Assembly (NCBI GenBank): GCA_004017275.1
Contig: SAKE01000006.1
Span: 146,662 to 210,661 of the forward strand
Direction: 5' to 3'
From: Mesorhizobium sp.
GTDB lineage: Bacteria > Pseudomonadota > Alphaproteobacteria > Rhizobiales > Rhizobiaceae
DNA length: 64,000 nt
Shown here: positions 57,735 to 64,000 of the stretch, piece by piece
How the letters are laid out: each line of letters opens with the position of its first letter
Numbering within the stretch: position 1 is the first letter of the stretch
The notes under the pieces: generated by a model
What the model was told of the DNA's origin: nothing
The model's database searches: none
The model's input: the letters and a program-made list of their open reading frames with translations, nothing else
Program-made: the position numbers and the translations under genes

Positions 57735-59546
57735 ATGCCGACATACAGGGCTCCGGTCCAGGATACGCTGTTCGTGCTCAACGAGGTGCTGGGCTATCAG
57801 CGCTATTCGAACCTTCCTGGATTTTCCGATGCCACGCCCGATGTGCTCGAGGCTATCCTCGCCGAAGGCGCCAAGCTCGCCGAAAACGTCATGCACCCGC
57901 TGAACCGTGTCGGCGATATGGAGGGCTGCGTGCGTCATGACGATGGCTCGGTGACGACGCCGAAGGGCTTCAAGGAGGCCTTCGACCAGTATCGCGAGGG
58001 CGGCTGGATGGGACTGGCCGCACCGGTCGAGTTCGGCGGCCAGGGCCTTCCCTATGCCGTGCACACCGCCGTCGCCGAATATATGGTCTCGGCCAACATG
58101 TCGCTGATGATGTATCCCGGCCTGACGCAGGGCGCGATCGCCGCGATCATCACCCACGGCACCGACGAGCAGAAGGCCAAATGGCTGCCCAGGATGATCG
58201 AAGGCGCCTGGACCGGCACCATGAACCTGACCGAGCCGCATTGCGGCACCGATCTCGGCCTGCTGCGCACCAAGGCGGTGCCGAATGGCGATGGTACTTA
58301 CAAGATTTCAGGCCAGAAGATCTTTATCTCGGCCGGCGAACACGACATGTCGGACAACATCGTCCATCTGGTCCTGGCCCGCATCGAGGGTGCGCCGGAA
58401 GGCGTCAAGGGCATTTCGCTGTTCATCGTGCCCAAGCTCATGCTCGACGCATCGGGAAATCCGGGTACCCGGAACACCGTCTCCTGCGGCTCGATCGAGG
58501 AGAAGATGGGCATCCACGGCAATTCGACCTGCGTCATGAACTATGACGAGGCGCAAGGCACGCTGCTCGGCGAGGCCAATGGCGGCTTGAAGGCGATGTT
58601 CACGATGATGAACGAGGCGCGCCTTGGCGTCGGCCTGCAAGGGCTGTCGCTGTCGGAGATCGCCTACCAGAACGCCGTTGCCTACGCCAAGGACCGTTTG
58701 CAGGGTCGCTCGCTGTCGGGGCCGAAGGCGCCGGACAAGAAGGCCGATCCGATCATCGTCCATCCCGACATCCGCCGCAGCCTGATGACCATGAAAGCCT
58801 TCAACGAGGCCGGCCGCGCGCTGGCGCTGTGGACGGCGATCAAGTCCGACATCGCCCACCGCTCCGGTGACGACAAGGACCGCCAGGCCGCCAATGACTA
58901 CACCGGCCTGATGACGCCGGTGGTCAAGGGTGTGCTCACCGACAAGGGGTTCGACCACGCCGTCATGGCGCAGCAGGTGTTCGGCGGCCACGGCTATATC
59001 GAGGAGCATGGCATGAGTCAGTTCGTGCGCGATGCCCGCATCGCCATGATCTATGAAGGCGCCAACGGCATCCAGGCGCTCGACCTCGTCGGCCGTAAGC
59101 TCGGCCTGGATGGCGGACGCGCCGTGCAGGCCTTCTTCAAGGAGGTCGGTGAATTCTGCGAGGAGAACCGCGCCGACGAGAAGATGGCGCCGTTCACCAA
59201 GACGCTGAAAAAGGGTCTCAACGATTTGCAGGCCGCCACCATGTGGCTGGTGCAGAACGGCATGGCCAAACCCGACAATGCGGGTGCGGCCTCGACCGAC
59301 TACATGCATCTCTTCGGCCTCGTCGCGCTGGGCTATATGTGGGCGCAGATGGCCAAGGCGGCACTTGGCAAGACGGACGCCAATAGCGCCCAATCTTCCT
59401 ATGAAAACAACGTGGCCTTCTACGACAACAAGGTTGTGACGGCGCGCTTCTTCATGGAACGGATCATGCCGGAGACATCGGCTCATCTCGCTCGTATCTC
59501 CAGCGGCGCCGACACATTGATGGCACTGCCGGCGGAAGCGTTCTAA
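57735..59546 (+). CDS. Acyl-CoA dehydrogenase (long form with C-terminal extension)
   Basis: [47 protein letters not shown]. Confidence 0.93.
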   Translation: MPTYRAPVQDTLFVLNEVLGYQRYSNLPGFSDATPDVLEAILAEGAKLAENVMHPLNRVGDMEGCVRHDDGSVTTPKGFKEAFDQYREGGWMGLAAPVEFGGQGLPYAVHTAVAEYMVSANMSLMMYPGLTQGAIAAIITHGTDEQKAKWLPRMIEGAWTGTMNLTEPHCGTDLGLLRTKAVPNGDGTYKISGQKIFISAGEHDMSDNIVHLVLARIEGAPEGVKGISLFIVPKLMLDASGNPGTRNTVSCGSIEEKMGIHGNSTCVMNYDEAQGTLLGEANGGLKAMFTMMNEARLGVGLQGLSLSEIAYQNAVAYAKDRLQGRSLSGPKAPDKKADPIIVHPDIRRSLMTMKAFNEAGRALALWTAIKSDIAHRSGDDKDRQAANDYTGLMTPVVKGVLTDKGFDHAVMAQQVFGGHGYIEEHGMSQFVRDARIAMIYEGANGIQALDLVGRKLGLDGGRAVQAFFKEVGEFCEENRADEKMAPFTKTLKKGLNDLQAATMWLVQNGMAKPDNAGAASTDYMHLFGLVALGYMWAQMAKAALGKTDANSAQSSYENNVAFYDNKVVTARFFMERIMPETSAHLARISSGADTLMALPAEAF

Positions 59547-59559
59547 AGATGATCGGCGT

Positions 59560-59605
59560 CTCCCTCCCGTCGAGGGGAGGGTGGCCCGAAGGGCCGGGTG
59601 GGGTC
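59560..59605 (+). repeat. Single REP-like unit related to the 39831-39985 element
   Basis: CTCCCTCCCGTCGAGGGGAGGGTG-GCCCGAAGGGC-CGGGTGGGG versus CTCCCCCTGTGGGAGAAGGTG-TCGCCGAAGGCGA-CGGATGAGGGG. Confidence 0.65.
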
Positions 59606-59666
59606 CTGCGTGGAGCGCGCCGACCTCAACTCTGAAGATGCGCTCTGGGAGGAGTATCATACCAGC

Positions 59667-60831
<1,165 letters not shown>

Positions 60832-60836
<5 letters not shown>

Positions 60837-60945
60837 TGCATGTCGCTCAAAAGTGGTCCCGGTTTTGGGAAATCGACATGCATCAGTCTAGTGCATGTCG
60901 CTCAAAAGTGGTCCCGGTTTTGGGAAATCGACATGCATCAGTCTA
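60832..60945 (+). repeat. Perfect tandem duplication of a 55-bp palindromic repeat unit (copies G1 and G2)
   Basis: 60832-886 is identical to 60887-941, followed by TCTA; each unit has TGCATGTCG...CGACATGCA arms. Confidence 0.95.
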
Positions 60946-60976
60946 AAGCCGTTCGATAAACCCAAGGAGCAAAACG

Positions 60977-62185
60977 ATGGCCGAAGCTTATGTCTATGAC
61001 GCAGTGCGCACGCCGCGCGGCAAGGGCAAGAAGGACGGATCACTGCACGAGGTGCCGGCGGTGCGGCTTGCCGCCAAGACGCTCGAGGCGTTGCGTGATC
61101 GTAACGGGCTGGACACCGGCAATGTCGACGACATCATCTTCGGCTGCGTCGATCCGGTCGGCGAGGCGGGTTCGGTCATTCCGCGCGCTGCAGCCTTCGA
61201 GGCCGGCTACGACACCAAGGCGCCCGGCATGCAGATCTCGCGCTTCTGCGCTTCCGGACTCGACGCTATCAATTTCGGCGCCGCAAAGATCGCGCAAGGC
61301 GCCGATGAGATCGTCATCGCCGGTGGCGTCGAATCGATGTCGCGCGTCGGCATGGGTGCCTCCGGCGGCGCCTGGTTCATGGATCCTTCGGTCGGCTTGC
61401 CTGGTTGGTTCGTGCCGCAAGGCATCTCGGCCGACCTGATCGCCACCAAATATGGCTTCAGCAGAGACGACGTCGACGCCTATGCGGTCGAGAGCCAGAA
61501 GCGTGCCGCCAAATCCTGGGCCGACGGCCGCTTCAAGAAGTCCGTCATCGCGATCAAGGACCAGAACGGCCTGACCATCCTCGACCATGACGAGCATATG
61601 CGCCCGTCGACCGACATGCAGTCGCTGGCCTCACTCAATCCGTCCTTCGTCATGCCCGGTGAAATGGGCGGCTTCGATGCCGTCGCCGTGCAGAAGCACC
61701 CCGAGGTGGAAGAGGTCAATCACGTCCACCATGCCGGCAATTCGTCCGGCATCGTCGATGGCGCGGCAGCCGTGCTGCTCGGTTCGAAGAAGGCCGGCAA
61801 GGCGATGGGGCTAAAGCCGCGCGCCCGCATCCGCACCTTCGCCAACATCGGCTCAGAACCGGTGCTGATGCTGACCGGTCCGGTCGACGTCACCGAGAAG
61901 CTGTTGAAGCGCGCCAAGATGAAGCTCTCCGACATCGACCTGTTCGAGCTCAACGAAGCCTTCGCCTCGGTGGTCCTGCGCTACATGCAGGCGTTCGATA
62001 TCGAGCATGACAGGATCAACGTCAATGGCGGTGCCATCGCCATGGGCCATCCGCTCGGCGCCACCGGCGCGATGATCTTCGGCACGGTGCTGGACGAGCT
62101 CGAGCGCCGCGATCTCAACACCGCTTTGGTGACGCTGTGCATCGGCGCCGGTATGGGCACCGCAACCATCATCGAACGCGTCTGA
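60977..62185 (+). CDS. Acetyl-CoA acyltransferase (thiolase)
   Basis: RFCASG, ELNEAFA, GGAIAMGHPLGATG, LCIGAGMG. Confidence 0.95.
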   Translation: MAEAYVYDAVRTPRGKGKKDGSLHEVPAVRLAAKTLEALRDRNGLDTGNVDDIIFGCVDPVGEAGSVIPRAAAFEAGYDTKAPGMQISRFCASGLDAINFGAAKIAQGADEIVIAGGVESMSRVGMGASGGAWFMDPSVGLPGWFVPQGISADLIATKYGFSRDDVDAYAVESQKRAAKSWADGRFKKSVIAIKDQNGLTILDHDEHMRPSTDMQSLASLNPSFVMPGEMGGFDAVAVQKHPEVEEVNHVHHAGNSSGIVDGAAAVLLGSKKAGKAMGLKPRARIRTFANIGSEPVLMLTGPVDVTEKLLKRAKMKLSDIDLFELNEAFASVVLRYMQAFDIEHDRINVNGGAIAMGHPLGATGAMIFGTVLDELERRDLNTALVTLCIGAGMGTATIIERV

Positions 62186-62199
62186 CGGGGAGATAAACG

Positions 62200-64000
62200 A
62201 TGAGCTACACCAATTTCACCCTCGACATCGACGCCGACGGCATTGCGCTGGTCACCTGGGACATGCCCGGCCGTTCGATGAACGTCTTCACCGAAGAGGC
62301 GATGCGGGAGCTGAATACCATCGTCGACAAGGTGGCAGGTGACGCCGCCATCAAGGGCGCGGTGATCACCTCCGGCAAGGAAACCTTCTCCGGCGGTGCC
62401 GACATAACCCTGCTGCAGAAGATGCTGACGACCTTCGCCGCGGAAAAAGACAAGGACGCCGAAAAGGCCACCAAAGCGCTGTTCGACAATGCCGGCATGA
62501 TGACCGGCCTGTTCCGCAAGCTGGAAACCTGCGGGAAGCCGTGGGTGTCGGCGATCAACGGCACCTGCATGGGCGGTGCCTTCGAATTGTCGCTGGCCTG
62601 CCACGGCCGTGTCGCCGCCGACAGCGACAAGGTGAAGATGGCGCTTCCCGAGGTGAAGATCGGCATCTTTCCGGGCGCCGGCGGCACCCAGCGCGTGCCG
62701 CGGCTGACCGATCAGCAGCAGGCGCTGCAGATGCTGACCTCCGGCCAGACATTGTCGCCGCAGAAGGCCAAGTCGATGGGCCTGATCCATGAAATCGCCG
62801 AGCCGGCCAGACTGGTCGAGACCGCCAAGGCGATGATCAGGAACGGCCTGAAGCCGGTGGCGCCATGGGACGAGAAGGGTTTCAAGCTGCCCGGCGGCCA
62901 GATCTATTCGCCCGCCGGCTTCAATCTGTGGCCGCCGGCCATCGCCATCCTGCGCCGCGAAACCTATGGCAATTATCCGGCCGCCGCCGCGATCCTCAAA
63001 TGCGTCTATGAAGGCCTGCTGGTGCCGTTCGACACCGCCTTGCGCATCGAGCAGCGCTATTTCACCGAGATCATGCAGACCAAGGAAGCGGCGGCGATGA
63101 TCCGCTCGCTGTTCGTGTCTTTGCAGGAACTGAACAAGGGCGCCCGCCGCCCGGCCGGCGTGCCCGAAACCAAATTCAAGAAGATCGGCATTCTCGGCGC
63201 CGGCTTCATGGGCGCCGGCATTGCCTACGTCACCGCCAAAGCCGGCATTCCCGTGGTGCTGCTCGACCGCGACATGGAGTCGGCCGAGAAAGGCAAGGCG
63301 CATTCCGACAGCCTGATCTCGGATCAGGTGAAGAAGGGCCGCGCCAAGCCGGAGGACAAGGACAAATTGCTGTCGCTGATCACGCCAACGGCCGATTATG
63401 CGGACCTTGCCGGCTGCGATCTGGTGGTCGAGGCCGTGTTCGAGGATTCCGGTGTCAAGAAGGCCGCCACCGAACAGGCGGAGGCCGTGCTGAAACCGTC
63501 GGCGATTTTCGCGTCTAATACCTCGACCATTCCGATCACCGGCCTGGCGAAGAATTCGGCGCGGCCGAAGAATTTCATCGGCATTCATTTCTTCTCGCCG
63601 GTCGACAAGATGATGCTGGTCGAGATCATTTTGGGCAAGAAGACCGGCGACAAGGCGCTGGCCACGGCGATCGACTTCGTCCGCGCCATCAAGAAGACGC
63701 CGATCGTCGTCAACGACACGCGCGGCTTTTACGTCAACCGCTGCGTGCTGCGCTACATGTCGGAAGCCTACAAGATGCTGATCGAAGGTGTTCCGGCACC
63801 GATGATCGAGAACGCGGCGAAAGCCGCCGGCATGCCGGTCGGCCCCCTGGCGCTGACCGACGAGACGGCCATCGACCTTGCCCAGAAGATCATGAAGCAG
63901 ACCATCAGGGATCTCGGCGACAAGGCGGTCGACCCAAAGCAGATGGCGCTGATCAACACCATGGTCGACACCCACGGCCGCTTCGGTCGCAAGAACGGCA
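62200..64000 (+). CDS. Multifunctional beta-oxidation enzyme (enoyl-CoA hydratase/3-hydroxyacyl-CoA dehydrogenase, FadB/FadJ-like), truncated by the window end and absent from the ORF track
   Basis: Read manually: MSYTNFTLDIDADGIALVTWDMPGRSMNV..., MGGAFELSLAC, LPEVKIG, ILGAGFMG, ASNTSTIPI, GIHFFSPV. Confidence 0.93.
   Translation, partial: MSYTNFTLDIDADGIALVTWDMPGRSMNVFTEEAMRELNTIVDKVAGDAAIKGAVITSGKETFSGGADITLLQKMLTTFAAEKDKDAEKATKALFDNAGMMTGLFRKLETCGKPWVSAINGTCMGGAFELSLACHGRVAADSDKVKMALPEVKIGIFPGAGGTQRVPRLTDQQQALQMLTSGQTLSPQKAKSMGLIHEIAEPARLVETAKAMIRNGLKPVAPWDEKGFKLPGGQIYSPAGFNLWPPAIAILRRETYGNYPAAAAILKCVYEGLLVPFDTALRIEQRYFTEIMQTKEAAAMIRSLFVSLQELNKGARRPAGVPETKFKKIGILGAGFMGAGIAYVTAKAGIPVVLLDRDMESAEKGKAHSDSLISDQVKKGRAKPEDKDKLLSLITPTADYADLAGCDLVVEAVFEDSGVKKAATEQAEAVLKPSAIFASNTSTIPITGLAKNSARPKNFIGIHFFSPVDKMMLVEIILGKKTGDKALATAIDFVRAIKKTPIVVNDTRGFYVNRCVLRYMSEAYKMLIEGVPAPMIENAAKAAGMPVGPLALTDETAIDLAQKIMKQTIRDLGDKAVDPKQMALINTMVDTHGRFGRKNG

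Overview
High-GC alphaproteobacterial chromosomal DNA; gene order and sequence style suggest Mesorhizobium or a close Phyllobacteriaceae relative (inference, not searched). Most of it is core genome: rbfA-truB-corA-rpsO-pnp; an RsmC-like methyltransferase; a GGDEF/EAL protein; fabA-fabB-fabI divergent from irr; moeB-recF-dnaN-dnaA-rpsT; deoB-mutM-enoyl-CoA hydratase; a Tad/Cpa (Flp) pilus locus including a 58-aa pilin missed by the ORF track; an M17 peptidase-MarR-NlpC/P60 trio; Lhr helicase plus metallophosphoesterase; TauE-TIGR02186; podJ; and a MerR (LiuR-like) regulator followed by a beta-oxidation operon that runs off the right end. The best candidate for an undescribed system is at 43.3-50.6 kb. 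There a SoeABC-type cytoplasmic sulfite dehydrogenase operon is headed by an unannotated 52-aa ORF that overlaps soeA by ATGA and carries an RGPG motif. The operon is divergent from a YeiE/CysL-like LysR and lies next to a YegD-type Hsp70 with a structured leader that may hide its ribosome-binding site. Non-coding signals include seven sites (eight copies) of a palindromic intergenic repeat that often starts exactly at stop codons, a perfect 52-bp palindrome, a 155-bp nested inverted repeat, CtrA-like, DnaA and LiuR-like boxes, and a patch of atypical codons inside the secretin gene cpaC. No rRNA, tRNA, CRISPR array, transposase or integrase was seen. All functional calls come from motif recognition by eye; no database search was run.
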